Positions 12,996 to 23,614 of a stretch of DNA of 64,000 nucleotides are shown piece by piece. This stretch comes from Candidatus Limnocylindria bacterium (GTDB taxonomy: Bacteria > Chloroflexota > Limnocylindria > QHBO01): assembly GCA_044866355.1 (NCBI GenBank), contig JBIOTW010000040.1:13827-77826 (forward strand). The letters are read 5' to 3'. The stretch's first letter is position 1. The number at the start of each line of letters is the position of its first letter. The translations under genes were made by a program, and so were the position numbers. The notes below the pieces were generated by a model. It worked only from the letters and a program-made list of their open reading frames with translations. It was not told the DNA's origin and ran no database searches.

Positions 12996-14125
12996 CCCGG
13001 GAGCGCTACCGGCTGGCCGGGGTCGACACGGACGCCGGCGAGCGAGCGGTGGAACTCATGCGGGCAGCGGTACAAGGGACATTCGGTCCCCAGGTGATCG
13101 GCGAGTTCGGCGGATTTGCGGCCGCTGGCGTCCTGCCGGCCGACATGCACGACCCGGTGCTGGTGATGTCCGCGGACGGGGTGGGGACGAAGACCGCGCT
13201 GGCCGGACAGCTCGGGCGGTTCTCCGGGCTGGGCCAGGACTTGGTTGCGATGTGCGTCGACGACGTGGCGTGCCTCGGGGCCAGGCCTCTCTTCCTGCTC
13301 GACTACCTCGCCACCGAACGGCTCGATCCGACGGCGGTGGCGGAGGTGGTCGCCTCGATCGCGGCCGCCTGCCGGGAGGCCGGCTGCGCCCTGTTGGGCG
13401 GCGAGACGGCGGAGCAACCCGGGCTCCTCGCCGCCGGGGGCCTGGATGTGGCCGGATTCTGCGTCGGCGCGGTGGAGCGCGGCGACCTCCTCGATGGCCA
13501 AGCCAGCCGTGTCGGGGACAGGATCATCGGGGTCGGCGCCTCGGGCCTTCATGCCAACGGCTACTCCCTGGTCCGGGCTCTGGTCAGCGAAGATCGGCTC
13601 GACCTGGCGGAGCCATACCGCGAGCTCGTCGAACGGACGCTCGGCGCAGCCGCGGCGGCGGAGCCGCCACTGGGACCGGGCGAGGACGACGGCCTGACCG
13701 TGGGAGAGGTCCTGCTCGAGCCCACGCCCATCTACAGCCCCCACTTGCTCGCCCTCCGCGCCGAGCTGCGGCCGATGGGCGCGGAGGTTCATGGGCTGGG
13801 CCACATCACCGGAGGCGGACTCCCGACCAACGTCCCGCGTGCGCTGGCGCGCACCCAGGCTGCGCGACTTGATCCCGGCCGCTGGCCGGTCCCCAGCCTG
13901 CTGCGTTGCATCGCCACGCTGGCGGACCTCACCCCGAAGGAGATGCGCGCGATCTTCCACGGTGGCCTGGGGATGGTGGTCGTCGTCGAACCTGATGCGG
14001 CCACCCCGGCGATCGAGTTCCTGGCGCGGCGGGGGCTGACGGCCTGGGAGGTGGGAGAGGTCACCGAGGCCGATGGCGAGCTCCGGTACCACGAGGCGGC
14101 CGTCGGGCTGGGCGGGCGCAGGTGA
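12992..14125 (+). CDS. purM: Phosphoribosylformylglycinamidine cyclo-ligase (AIR synthetase)
   Basis: Motifs YRLAGVDTDAGE...SADGVGTKT are present. ATGA overlap with purF. Confidence 0.9.
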   Translation: MTRERYRLAGVDTDAGERAVELMRAAVQGTFGPQVIGEFGGFAAAGVLPADMHDPVLVMSADGVGTKTALAGQLGRFSGLGQDLVAMCVDDVACLGARPLFLLDYLATERLDPTAVAEVVASIAAACREAGCALLGGETAEQPGLLAAGGLDVAGFCVGAVERGDLLDGQASRVGDRIIGVGASGLHANGYSLVRALVSEDRLDLAEPYRELVERTLGAAAAAEPPLGPGEDDGLTVGEVLLEPTPIYSPHLLALRAELRPMGAEVHGLGHITGGGLPTNVPRALARTQAARLDPGRWPVPSLLRCIATLADLTPKEMRAIFHGGLGMVVVVEPDAATPAIEFLARRGLTAWEVGEVTEADGELRYHEAAVGLGGRR

Positions 14126-16395
14126 ACGATCGCCAGGGTCGTCTCGCGGTCTGTGTCAGCGGCGCCGGGACGAACCTGCGCGCTCTCGCCCAGGCCTGTC
14201 GTACAGGGCGCCTGCCTGCCGAGATCGTGCTCGTGGCCGCCGATCGTCCGTGCCCCGCGCTGGCCTGGGCCCAGGGCGAGGGCCTACCCGCCGTCTTGCT
14301 CCCGCGGAACGCCGGGGACGCCCCGGGCGTCCTCGACGCACGGCTCAGCGAGGCTCTCCAGGCGGCCCGGCCCGATGTCGTGGTCCTGGCGGGCTACATG
14401 CGCGTCATCGGTGCCGACATCCTCGCCGCATTCCCGGGACGGATCCTCAACGTGCACCCCTCGCTGCTGCCGGCATTTCCCGGACGGCACGCGATTCGCG
14501 ACGCGTTGGACCGGGGCGTACGGATCACCGGCGTGACGGTCCACCTCGTCAATGACACGGTTGACGGTGGGCCGATCGTGCTCCAGCAGCCCGTGCCCGT
14601 TCTGGCCGAAGACGACGAGACGACGCTTTTGGCTCGGCTGCATCCGGTTGAGCACCGCCTCCTGGAGCAGGCCGTGCTGTTGGTCCTCAAGGGTGCCATC
14701 ACGACCGATGACGTGCCCGGCCGTGGCGGCCGCGTTCGCATCGATCCGGTGACGGCTGCCCCAGCCGCGCTTTCCCCGCGTCGGGCGCTGCTGTCGGTTT
14801 CGGACAAGACCGGGCTGGTCGATTTCGCCCGTGCCCTGGACGATCTCGGCTTCGAGCTGATGTCGACCGGCGGAACGGCGACCGCCCTCCGCCTGGCCGA
14901 GATCCCCGTTACGGACGTGTCCGCCGTCACGGGGGCGGCCGAGATGCTCGATGGGCGGGTCAAGACGCTCCATCCGCGTATCCACGCCGGCGTGCTTGCC
15001 GACCGGCGCCGAGCGGAGCACCTCGCTCAGCTGGCCGTCGAGGCGATCGGTCCATTCCAGGTGGTGGCTGTCAACCTCTACCCGTTCGCCCGCGCCGCGG
15101 AGCGGAGCGACACCGATCTCGACGCGCTCGTCGAGGAGATCGACATCGGTGGGCCGACTCTCCTCCGTGCGGCGGCCAAGAACTTCGCCTCGGTGGCCGT
15201 CATCTGCGCGGCGCATCGGTACCGTGACGTGTTGGATGCCCTCGAGCGCCACGGCGAGGTCCCGCTCCCGCTGCGGGCGTCCCTTGCGGTCGAAGCCTTC
15301 CGCCACGTCGCCGCGTACGACGCGCGGATCGTGGCCGAGCTGCCGGCTCGCATGGGCGCAGCGTTCGCCCTGCCTGACGAAGCGGGGCTGCCGGGTGCCG
15401 TCGATCCCTACCCGACCATCCTTCCAATCGCCTTCGAGAAGGTGAAGACGCTGCGGTACGGGGAGAATCCGCACCAGGCGGCGGCCCTCTATCGGCCCAC
15501 CGGCCTCCATGCGCCCGGTCCCTTCGCCGAAGGAGGCACCGTGCTGCAGGGCAAGGACCTGAGCTACAACAACGTCCTCGACGCTGCCGCGGCTGCCGGG
15601 CTGGCGCGCGATCTCCATGGACCAGCCTGCGTCATCGTCAAGCACACCAACCCCTGCGGAGCCGCGGAGGCTGACGACGTGTGGACCGCATGGGACCGCG
15701 CTCTTGCCGGTGACCCGGTGAGCGCGTATGGCGGAGTCGTGGCGGTGACCCGGGCCGTGGACGGCCGGCTCGCCCGGAGCCTGACCGACATGTTCCTCGA
15801 GGTCGTCATCGCGCCCGGGGTCGATGACGACGCCCGGGCCGTCCTGGCGACACGATCCAACCTCCGGGTTCTTCTCGACCCCGCGCTCGGAGAGGACGAG
15901 GACGCCGGTCCTCGGCAGCGCCAGCCAGCCTCAGAACCGCTGAGTGAGATCCGTTCGGCGGGTGGGGGCCTGCTCGTGGCGGCTCCCGACCTCATTGCTG
16001 ATGACCCGGCCGGGTGGCAGCTGGCGACGACCCGCGCGCCGACCGCGGATGAGGCACGGGACCTGGACCTTGCCTGGCGCGTCGCGCGCCATGTCAAGTC
16101 GAACGCGATCGTACTGGTGCGGGATTCCGCCGTCGTGGGAGTCGGGGCCGGCCAGATGAGCCGGGTAGACGCCGCGCGCCTCGCGCTGGGCAAGGCCGGC
16201 GACCGAGCGGAAGGGGCCTCGTGCGCGTCCGACGCGTTCTACCCGTTTCCCGATGGGGTCGAGGTCTGCCTGGAAGCCGGTGTCGGGGCGTTCGTCCAGC
16301 CCGGAGGGTCGGTCCGCGACGCCGAGGTCGTCGCCGCCGCCGAGGCGACAGGTGCGGCCATGCTCATCACCGGGCGTCGCCACTTCCGTCACTGA
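14122..16395 (+). CDS. purNH: Fused PurN (GAR formyltransferase) - PurH (AICAR transformylase / IMP cyclohydrolase), single 757-aa ORF
   Basis: Residues 1-~205 are a formyl-transferase domain ([12 protein letters not shown]...[12 protein letters not shown]...[13 protein letters not shown]). Residue ~215 onward is PurH ([17 protein letters not shown]...GGTA...[14 protein letters not shown]...) with no stop between the two parts. The GTG start overlaps the purM stop. Confidence 0.85.
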   Translation: MNDRQGRLAVCVSGAGTNLRALAQACRTGRLPAEIVLVAADRPCPALAWAQGEGLPAVLLPRNAGDAPGVLDARLSEALQAARPDVVVLAGYMRVIGADILAAFPGRILNVHPSLLPAFPGRHAIRDALDRGVRITGVTVHLVNDTVDGGPIVLQQPVPVLAEDDETTLLARLHPVEHRLLEQAVLLVLKGAITTDDVPGRGGRVRIDPVTAAPAALSPRRALLSVSDKTGLVDFARALDDLGFELMSTGGTATALRLAEIPVTDVSAVTGAAEMLDGRVKTLHPRIHAGVLADRRRAEHLAQLAVEAIGPFQVVAVNLYPFARAAERSDTDLDALVEEIDIGGPTLLRAAAKNFASVAVICAAHRYRDVLDALERHGEVPLPLRASLAVEAFRHVAAYDARIVAELPARMGAAFALPDEAGLPGAVDPYPTILPIAFEKVKTLRYGENPHQAAALYRPTGLHAPGPFAEGGTVLQGKDLSYNNVLDAAAAAGLARDLHGPACVIVKHTNPCGAAEADDVWTAWDRALAGDPVSAYGGVVAVTRAVDGRLARSLTDMFLEVVIAPGVDDDARAVLATRSNLRVLLDPALGEDEDAGPRQRQPASEPLSEIRSAGGGLLVAAPDLIADDPAGWQLATTRAPTADEARDLDLAWRVARHVKSNAIVLVRDSAVVGVGAGQMSRVDAARLALGKAGDRAEGASCASDAFYPFPDGVEVCLEAGVGAFVQPGGSVRDAEVVAAAEATGAAMLITGRRHFRH

Positions 16396-16420
16396 GGGGC
16401 GACTCAGTCCGGAGGGCCCG

Positions 16421-16450
16421 TTGCCCTCGTCAGGGACGCTGCTGTATACT
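16421..16450 (+). promoter_or_regulatory. Sigma-70-like promoter TTGCCC-18-TATACT upstream of infA
   Basis: The hexamers were read directly. They lie 85 nt upstream of the infA start, in the first intergenic gap after the pur operon. Confidence 0.5.
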
Positions 16451-16459
16451 TTGCGATCC

Positions 16460-16490
16460 GGTCGCCGCGTGCGGCGACCTTTCCGTGTGT
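16460..16490 (+). terminator. Perfect 8-bp GC hairpin GGTCGCCG-cgtg-CGGCGACC followed by TTTCC; either a weak terminator of the pur operon or a 5'-leader stem-loop of the infA transcript
   Basis: The inverted repeat was read directly. It sits about 10 nt after the predicted -10 element. Confidence 0.35.
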
Positions 16491-16534
16491 CCCCCCATCA
16501 TCCAGTTTTAGCCGCGAACGAGGGTGCGTAGCGC

Positions 16535-16753
16535 TTGCCGAAAAAGGATGCGATCGAGGTCGAGGGCGAGGTGATCCTCCCCTTGCCGAACGCGATGTTC
16601 AAGGTGCGCCTGGAGAACGGCCACGAAGTCCTGGCCCACATCTCCGGAAAGCTCCGCAAGAACTTCATCCGCATCCTGCCCGGCGACACGGTTCGCGTCG
16701 AGTTGAGCCCCTACGACCTCAGTCGAGGTCGAATCACGTACAGGATGCGATGA
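16535..16753 (+). CDS. infA: Translation initiation factor IF-1
   Basis: 72 aa. [62 protein letters not shown] is a near-canonical IF-1 sequence. TTG start. Confidence 0.95.
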   Translation: MPKKDAIEVEGEVILPLPNAMFKVRLENGHEVLAHISGKLRKNFIRILPGDTVRVELSPYDLSRGRITYRMR

Positions 16754-16863
16754 AAGTCAGTGCATCGGTCAAGCCCCGTTGCGAGCGCTGCAAGGTGATC
16801 CGGCGCTCGGGTGTGGTGCTGGTCATCTGCCGTATCCCCAAGCACCGCCAGCGGCAGGGCTAG
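16750..16863 (+). CDS. rpmJ: 50S ribosomal protein L36
   Basis: Translates to the 37-aa [37 protein letters not shown] (C-x2-C...C-x4-H). It is absent from the ORF track because it is short. Its ATG overlaps the infA stop. Confidence 0.9.
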   Translation: MKVSASVKPRCERCKVIRRSGVVLVICRIPKHRQRQG

Positions 16864-16875
16864 GGAAGGTTCGCC

Positions 16876-17247
16876 ATGGCCCGGATCGCCGGCGTTGACA
16901 TTCCCCGCGAGAAGCGGGTGATCGTGTCGCTCACCTACATCCACGGCATCGGCCCCGCCACGTCCAGCAAGGTGCTTGCAGCCGCCAACGTTTCCCCGGA
17001 CACGCGCGTGCGGGACCTGACCGAGGATGAGGTCACCCGTCTGCGCGACATCATCGATCGGCGCTACCGGGTCGAGGGCGACGTCCGGCGCGAGGTCAGC
17101 ATGAACATCAAGCGGCTGATGGAGATCGGCGCCTATCGCGGCGTCCGCCATCGGCGCAACCTGCCCGCCCGCGGGCAGCGCACGAAGACCAACGCCCGCC
17201 AGCGGCGCGGCTCGCGCAAGACCGTCGGCGTTCGGCGCAAGAAGTAA
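16876..17247 (+). CDS. rpsM: 30S ribosomal protein S13
   Basis: Motif [23 protein letters not shown] is present. Confidence 0.95.
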   Translation: MARIAGVDIPREKRVIVSLTYIHGIGPATSSKVLAAANVSPDTRVRDLTEDEVTRLRDIIDRRYRVEGDVRREVSMNIKRLMEIGAYRGVRHRRNLPARGQRTKTNARQRRGSRKTVGVRRKK

Positions 17248-17256
17248 CGGAGCCCC

Positions 17257-17652
17257 ATGGCTGAGCGAAAGAGCAAGACGCGCGCCAAGAAGCGAGAGAA
17301 GAAGAACGTCCCGGCCGGGCATGCCCATATCCAGGCCACGTTCAACAACACGATCGTGACCATCACCGACCCCAGTGGTGGCGTCATCTCGTGGGGCAGC
17401 GCGGGCCTGGTCGGATTCAAGGGCTCGCGCAAGAGCACCCCGTTTGCCGCTTCCCAGACCGCCGATCTGGCCGCCCGCAAGGCGATGGAGCACGGCGTTC
17501 GGCAGGTGGAGGTCTTCGTGAAGGGCCCTGGAGCGGGGCGCGAGCAGGCCATCCGCTCCCTGCAGGCCGCAGGCCTCGAGGTCACCGCCATCACCGACGT
17601 CACCCCCATCCCGCACAACGGCTGCCGCCCGCCGAAGCGGCGGAGGGTCTAG
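17257..17652 (+). CDS. rpsK: 30S ribosomal protein S11
   Basis: Motif [18 protein letters not shown]...[10 protein letters not shown] is present. Confidence 0.95.
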   Translation: MAERKSKTRAKKREKKNVPAGHAHIQATFNNTIVTITDPSGGVISWGSAGLVGFKGSRKSTPFAASQTADLAARKAMEHGVRQVEVFVKGPGAGREQAIRSLQAAGLEVTAITDVTPIPHNGCRPPKRRRV

Positions 17653-17655
17653 CCC

Positions 17656-18282
<627 letters not shown>

Positions 18283-18291
18283 GAGTTCCCC

Positions 18292-19311
18292 TTGCTGATG
18301 ATCGAACCCGAGTCCACCCCGCGCATCGAAGAGGTCGAGGCGCATGGCGCCGCGGGTCGTTTTGAGATCCAACCCCTGGCCGCCGGCTACGGCGTCACGC
18401 TGGGCAATGCCCTGCGCCGCGTGCTGCTCTCCTCGCTGGAGGGCGCGGCCGTTACCTCCATCCAGATCGCGAACGTCTACCACGAGTTCAGCACCTTGCC
18501 GGCTGTGAAGGAAGACGTCACCCAGATCGTGCTCAACATGAAGAAGCTCCGGCTCCGCTCGTTCGCGCCGCACCCGGTGAACCTGAAGCTCGTCAAGCAC
18601 GGCGCCGGCCACGTGACGGCGGGTGACATCGCCGAGTCGGCGGACGTCGAGATCGTGAATCCCGAGCTCGAGCTGCTGACCCTGGATTCGGATGCCGGGT
18701 CCATCGAGATGGACCTGACGGTCGAGACCGGCGTGGGCTACCGGGCCGCGGAGCACACCGAGGAGATGCCCATCGGCGTCATCCCGGTGGACGCCATCTT
18801 CTCCCCGGTCCGTCGCGTCAACTTCTCGGTCGAGAACACGCGGGTTGGGCAGATGACGAACTTCGACAAGCTCAGCCTGGAGATCGAGACCGACGGCACG
18901 ACCACTCCCCAGGCAGCCCTGGCCCAGGCAGCCGGGATCCTGGTCCGGGAGTTCAGCCGATTCGCGGACGTCGGCCGCCCGAGCACGGGCACCGGCGACG
19001 AGGCACCGGCGCCGCTGGCCGCCAGCCTGCTCGACGCGCCAATCGAGGAGCTCGACCTGCCGATGCGGGCCTACAACAGCCTGAAGCGCAACAACATCAC
19101 CAAGATCGGCCAGCTCCTGGCCCTGGGCGATGACGAGCTGCTGCGGATGCGGAACTTCGGCCGCAAGAGCCTCGACGACATGAAGGAGCGGCTCGCCCTG
19201 CGCGGTTTCATCGCCCCGGACGACGGCGCCCCGATGGCGGACGAGGGCGACCTCCCGGCGGCCGCCGAGCTGGACGAGGCTATGGCCGCCGAGCTGAACC
19301 GCGAGGCCTGA
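18292..19311 (+). CDS. rpoA: DNA-directed RNA polymerase subunit alpha
   Basis: Motif FEIQPLAAGYGVTLGNALRRVLLSSL is present. The C-terminal domain motif RAYNSLKRNNITKIGQLL is present. Confidence 0.95.
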   Translation: MLMIEPESTPRIEEVEAHGAAGRFEIQPLAAGYGVTLGNALRRVLLSSLEGAAVTSIQIANVYHEFSTLPAVKEDVTQIVLNMKKLRLRSFAPHPVNLKLVKHGAGHVTAGDIAESADVEIVNPELELLTLDSDAGSIEMDLTVETGVGYRAAEHTEEMPIGVIPVDAIFSPVRRVNFSVENTRVGQMTNFDKLSLEIETDGTTTPQAALAQAAGILVREFSRFADVGRPSTGTGDEAPAPLAASLLDAPIEELDLPMRAYNSLKRNNITKIGQLLALGDDELLRMRNFGRKSLDDMKERLALRGFIAPDDGAPMADEGDLPAAAELDEAMAAELNREA

Positions 19312-19320
19312 GCCAGACCG

Positions 19321-19674
19321 ATGCCGCACCGCACCGCGGGCCGCAAGCTGAACCGGCCCACCGCCCACCGCGAGCACATGCTCGCCAACCTGGCGGTGGC
19401 CGTGCTTCGCTACGAGCGGCTGCGGACGACCGAGGCCAAGGCCAAGGAGGTGCGGGGCATGGTCGATCGGCTGATCGTCACCGCCAAGCGGGGCGACCTC
19501 CCGGCACGACGGCAGCTGCTCGCCCAGCTGCCCAATGAGCCGCTCATCATCGAGAAGCTGATGGGCGAACTGGCGGCCAAGTATGCCGAGCGGGGGTCGG
19601 GGTTCACGCGCATCACGCGTCTCGGACCTCGCCTCGGCGACGCGGCTCCCATGGTCCAGATCGAGCTCGTCTGA
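19321..19674 (+). CDS. rplQ: 50S ribosomal protein L17
   Basis: Motif HRTAGRKLNRPTAHREHMLANLAVAVLRYERLRTT is present. Confidence 0.93.
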   Translation: MPHRTAGRKLNRPTAHREHMLANLAVAVLRYERLRTTEAKAKEVRGMVDRLIVTAKRGDLPARRQLLAQLPNEPLIIEKLMGELAAKYAERGSGFTRITRLGPRLGDAAPMVQIELV

Positions 19675-19707
19675 GGCGGGCTCGGCTGACCGAACAACCG
19701 AAGACCG

Positions 19708-20490
19708 ATGCCGCCCGCGGCGCAACGCTGCGCCCGGGCGGTGATCGAGTACGACGGGACGGCGTTCGCCGGCTCGCAGCGTCAGCCGCAACAGCGGACG
19801 GTGCAGGGCGAGCTGGAGGATGCCCTTAACAAACTGACCGGCGAGCGGATCACGGTCCGCTTTGCCGGGCGCACCGATGCCGGCGTCCACGCTACCGGCC
19901 AGGTGATCGCCTTCTGCCTGCCTGACCGCCCCCGCGGGGAGCGGCTCGGATGGGCGGAGCTCCGGCGACGCCTGAACGCGGCGTTGGCGCCCGACGTGGC
20001 GGTCCGCTCCCTGCGCGCTGCTCCCGCGGCTTTCGACCCGCGGCGGGCGGCCGTGGCGAGAACCTACCGCTACCGAATCCGGCAGGACGGCGACCGCCGC
20101 CCCACCGATCGGCATCGGGCGCTCGAGATACCCGACCGCCTCGACGTGGCCGCCATGCGCGACGCCGCGACGCGGATGATCGGGGAGCGGGACTTCGCCG
20201 CTTTGGGCAGCGACGCGCGGGGTTGGACGGTCCGCCAACTGGTGGGGGTCTCGATCCGGCAGCGCGGGACGCTGATCGAGGTGACGGTGACCGGCAACGC
20301 GTTCCTGCGCCGGATGGTGCGGAGCCTGGTGGCGGTCCTCCTGGCCGTCGGCCGAGGCGAGGTCCCTGCCGACGACGTCGAGCGACTGCTCGACGCCCGA
20401 CAGCGTGCCTTCCATGGGCGGGCGGCACCGGCGTTGGGGCTCACGCTCGAGCGGATCAGTTTTGGAAGAGGAGAATCGGAACGAATATGA
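19708..20490 (+). CDS. truA: tRNA pseudouridine(38-40) synthase
   Basis: Motifs [14 protein letters not shown]...[15 protein letters not shown] are present. Its position after rplQ is typical. Confidence 0.9.
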   Translation: MPPAAQRCARAVIEYDGTAFAGSQRQPQQRTVQGELEDALNKLTGERITVRFAGRTDAGVHATGQVIAFCLPDRPRGERLGWAELRRRLNAALAPDVAVRSLRAAPAAFDPRRAAVARTYRYRIRQDGDRRPTDRHRALEIPDRLDVAAMRDAATRMIGERDFAALGSDARGWTVRQLVGVSIRQRGTLIEVTVTGNAFLRRMVRSLVAVLLAVGRGEVPADDVERLLDARQRAFHGRAAPALGLTLERISFGRGESERI

Positions 20491-20933
20491 AGACCTACGC
20501 GGTCAAGGCCAGCGAGATCGAGCGCGGCTGGTGGCTCATCGATGCCACCGATCTGCCCCTCGGTCGATTGGCCACGCGCGTCGCCACCCTGCTGACCGGC
20601 AAGCACAAGCCGATCTGGTCGCCGCACATCGACACCGGCGACCACGTGGTGGTGGTCAACGCGTCCCGCGTCCGGGTCACCGGCAACAAGCTGGACCAGA
20701 AGCGCTACTACCGTCACTCGAACTATCCCGGCGGCCTGCGGGAGGAGTCGCTCTCCGACCTGCTGGCTCGCAAGCCCGAGCGGGCCATCGAGATGGCGGT
20801 CAAGGGCATGCTGCCCCAGAACCGGCTTGGCAAGGCGATGTTCCGCAAGCTCAAGGTGTATCCCGGGGCGGATCATCCCCATCAGGCCCAGCAGCCCCGA
20901 TCGGCCCAGGACCAGGATCAGGAGGCCTCGTGA
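20487..20933 (+). CDS. rplM: 50S ribosomal protein L13
   Basis: [42 protein letters not shown] matches L13. The ATG overlaps the truA stop. The track ORF extends upstream artefactually. Confidence 0.93.
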   Translation: MKTYAVKASEIERGWWLIDATDLPLGRLATRVATLLTGKHKPIWSPHIDTGDHVVVVNASRVRVTGNKLDQKRYYRHSNYPGGLREESLSDLLARKPERAIEMAVKGMLPQNRLGKAMFRKLKVYPGADHPHQAQQPRSAQDQDQEAS

Positions 20934-21322
20934 GCATCAACTACCTGTACGGGACCGGCCGTCGCAAGACGTCCGTGGCCCGGGTGCGCCTCCTGCCGGG
21001 CGACGGCAGCATCACGGTCAACGGCAAGCCCGCCGCCGAGTACTTCGGAGGCGAAACGTCCGTGTCCGCGCTGCGCCTGCCCTTCCGCGTGACCGAGACC
21101 GACGGGCGCTATGCGGCGACCGTGCTCGTCGCCGGTGGCGGCGTGTCCGGGCAGGAGGGCGCCATTCGCCACGGCATCGCCCGGGCCCTGCTGTCCGGCC
21201 ACCCCGACTTCCGCGCCCCGCTGCGCGAGGCGGGCCTGCTGACCCGCGACCCGCGGGCCAAGGAGCGGAAGAAGTACGGTCTCAAGCGGGCCCGCAAGGC
21301 TCCCCAGTACACCAAGCGCTGA
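20930..21322 (+). CDS. rpsI: 30S ribosomal protein S9
   Basis: [22 protein letters not shown]...[19 protein letters not shown]...[17 protein letters not shown] matches S9. GTG start overlaps the rplM stop. Confidence 0.93.
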   Translation: MSINYLYGTGRRKTSVARVRLLPGDGSITVNGKPAAEYFGGETSVSALRLPFRVTETDGRYAATVLVAGGGVSGQEGAIRHGIARALLSGHPDFRAPLREAGLLTRDPRAKERKKYGLKRARKAPQYTKR

Positions 21323-21418
21323 GTCGCGTCCCAGGACCGCTCCCAGGTCCGCTCGGGGGTCCCCACGAGGGCCTTTGGTAACATTGTCGGCCGACCGCAC
21401 CGGAGCCTCTGCCTGATC

Positions 21419-22387
21419 GTGCCGGAGAGCATCAGCGAATTCCTGGACACGTTCCTGCGCGGCAGCTGGCTCTCGATCGTCGACATCCTCGTCGTCGCCA
21501 TCCTGATCTACTGGCTGTTCGTGCTCATTCGGGGCACGCGCGCGGTTCGCATCCTCATCGGTCTGTCGATCGTGGCCCTGGTCTATCTCGCCGCCCAGGC
21601 GCTCCAGCTTCGCCTTCTCTCCACCCTGCTCCAGGCCGGAGCGGTGGTGGGACTGTTCGCGGTGGTGGTCGTGTTCCAGCCCGAGCTGCGACGCGGGCTG
21701 GAGCAGATCGGACGGATGGGCTCGTTGAACCGCCTGTTCGTGTCCTCCGAGGTCTCCGCGGCGGACAGCGTGGCTCGCGAGGTGTCGCGGGCAGCCCGGT
21801 TGCTGGCCGGGTCCCGGCACGGCGCGCTGATCGTGATCGAGCGGGAGACCGGGCTCCACGACCTGACCGCCGAATCGGGAGTGCCGATCAACGCCGACCT
21901 GCATGCGGAGCTGCTGGCCACGATCTTCTATCACGGCACGGTTCTCCATGATGGAGCGGTGGTGATCTCCGGCAATCGGATCGTCGCGGCCGGTGTTCTG
22001 CTTCCCTTGAGCCAGAACGTTCTCGACAGCGAACGGTATGGGACCCGCCACCGCGCCGCCATCGGCATCAGCGAGCAGACCGATGCGCTGATCGTGGTGG
22101 TCAGCGAGGAGACCGGATCCATCTCGCTGGTGGTGCGGGGCCGGATCGAGCGCAACCTGAGCGAAGATCGGCTCCGACGTCGGATCTTCAGCCTGATCCG
22201 ACCCCAGGCCGCGCGCGAGGCCGCCCCGCTGCTGCGGCGGACCCTGGAGGGCCGTTGGGGCATGCCCGAGGAGGCGCCTGCTGAGGCGCCCATCGATCCG
22301 GAGGACCGCGTCGTCCCGTCGGTCGCACCTCCGGCCGACAAGCCGGACGCCGCTCAACCCGTGGCCAGTGGAGAGCGCCGCGGCTGA
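21419..22387 (+). CDS. cdaA: Diadenylate cyclase CdaA (membrane-anchored DAC domain)
   Basis: Three N-terminal TM helices are present. DAC domain motifs GALIVIERETGL...LHDGAVVI...RHRAAIGISEQTDALIVVVSEETGSISL are present. Confidence 0.9.
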   Translation: MPESISEFLDTFLRGSWLSIVDILVVAILIYWLFVLIRGTRAVRILIGLSIVALVYLAAQALQLRLLSTLLQAGAVVGLFAVVVVFQPELRRGLEQIGRMGSLNRLFVSSEVSAADSVAREVSRAARLLAGSRHGALIVIERETGLHDLTAESGVPINADLHAELLATIFYHGTVLHDGAVVISGNRIVAAGVLLPLSQNVLDSERYGTRHRAAIGISEQTDALIVVVSEETGSISLVVRGRIERNLSEDRLRRRIFSLIRPQAAREAAPLLRRTLEGRWGMPEEAPAEAPIDPEDRVVPSVAPPADKPDAAQPVASGERRG

Positions 22388-23598
22388 TGGCCCTGCTGCT
22401 GCGCAACTGGCCCCTCAAGCTGGGCGCTCTCGTTCTGTCGATCCTGTTGTATGCCGGCCTCGTGTACTCCGGGTCGTTCACTGAGCGGCAGGCGACCGGC
22501 ATTCCGATTCGGGCCACCAACCAGCCGCTGAACACGTACCTGCTCACCGGGGAGCTGGGCACGGTGGACGTCGGCTATCGGGCCGCGGCGGGTGCGGTGG
22601 GAAGCGTCAGCAACGCCACGTTCAGCGCGACCGTCGATCTCGAGGGCTACGACATGACCCAGGCCGGCGAGCCGCAGCGGCTGGCGGTCGAGGTGCGCTC
22701 CCTCGACGACGAGGTCGTCATCCTGGACGTGTCTCCGGTCGAGGTCTCGGTCGTCCTGGACCGCCTCTCGGTGCGGAACGTGCGCGTGGTCGTGGACCGC
22801 GGGGAGATCCCGCCGGGACTCGAGATCGGCGCCGTCACGGTGGCGCCGACCACTGTTCAGGCCCAGGGACCGGACAGCCGGCTGCGGCTCGTCACGCGGG
22901 CGGTGGCCCGGGTCCGCATCGATCCGTCGGGGATCGACATCTCCGAGCAGGTGGATCTCATCCCGGTGGACGCCGACGGTGAGCCGGTCGAGGCGGTGGA
23001 GCTGTCTCCGGGAACAGCGACGGTCGAGATCGAGGTCAGCACCGCCGAGACCTCGAGGACCGTTCCGGTGACCCCCAGCCTGACGGGGACGCCGCCGACG
23101 GGCCTGACACTGACCAGCGTTTCGGTGGAGCCGGCCGCGGTGACCCTGTTCGGGCCGCCGGACGTGCTGGCCGAGATCGCGAGCGTGGAAACCTCATCGG
23201 TCGACCTGGCTGCGGTCACCGCGGACGCGGTCGTGCAGGCGACGATTGTCCTCCCCGACCAGACACGCCTGGGGGAGGAAGCCGCCGGCACCGTCGCCGT
23301 CTCGATCGCCGTCGATCCGGAGCTCGCGAGCCGAACCATCCTGGTTGGGCCGGTGTGCCAGAACGTGGAGCCCGGTCTCGTGTGCCAGCCCCAGACCAGC
23401 CAGATCGCGGTCACCGTCAGCGGCACCCGGGCCGCGGTGGCGGGCCTGACTCCGGCCCAGGTGACACCCGTGCTGAACATGGCCGGGCTGGGGGAAGGCA
23501 GTCACGTCGTGACGCCCACGGTCGCCCTGCCCGCCGGCATCTCCCTGGTCCAGGTCCTGGCCCCGCTGACGGTGGTCCTCACCACCGGCGGGGCGTAG
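22387..23598 (+). CDS. cdaR: CdaA regulatory protein CdaR (YbbR-repeat protein)
   Basis: An N-terminal TM segment is followed by repeated YbbR-like beta-rich modules. It sits in the conserved position between cdaA and glmM. ATGA overlap. Confidence 0.8.
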   Translation: MALLLRNWPLKLGALVLSILLYAGLVYSGSFTERQATGIPIRATNQPLNTYLLTGELGTVDVGYRAAAGAVGSVSNATFSATVDLEGYDMTQAGEPQRLAVEVRSLDDEVVILDVSPVEVSVVLDRLSVRNVRVVVDRGEIPPGLEIGAVTVAPTTVQAQGPDSRLRLVTRAVARVRIDPSGIDISEQVDLIPVDADGEPVEAVELSPGTATVEIEVSTAETSRTVPVTPSLTGTPPTGLTLTSVSVEPAAVTLFGPPDVLAEIASVETSSVDLAAVTADAVVQATIVLPDQTRLGEEAAGTVAVSIAVDPELASRTILVGPVCQNVEPGLVCQPQTSQIAVTVSGTRAAVAGLTPAQVTPVLNMAGLGEGSHVVTPTVALPAGISLVQVLAPLTVVLTTGGA

Positions 23599-23614
23599 CG
23601 GCGCCGGGAGCCAC

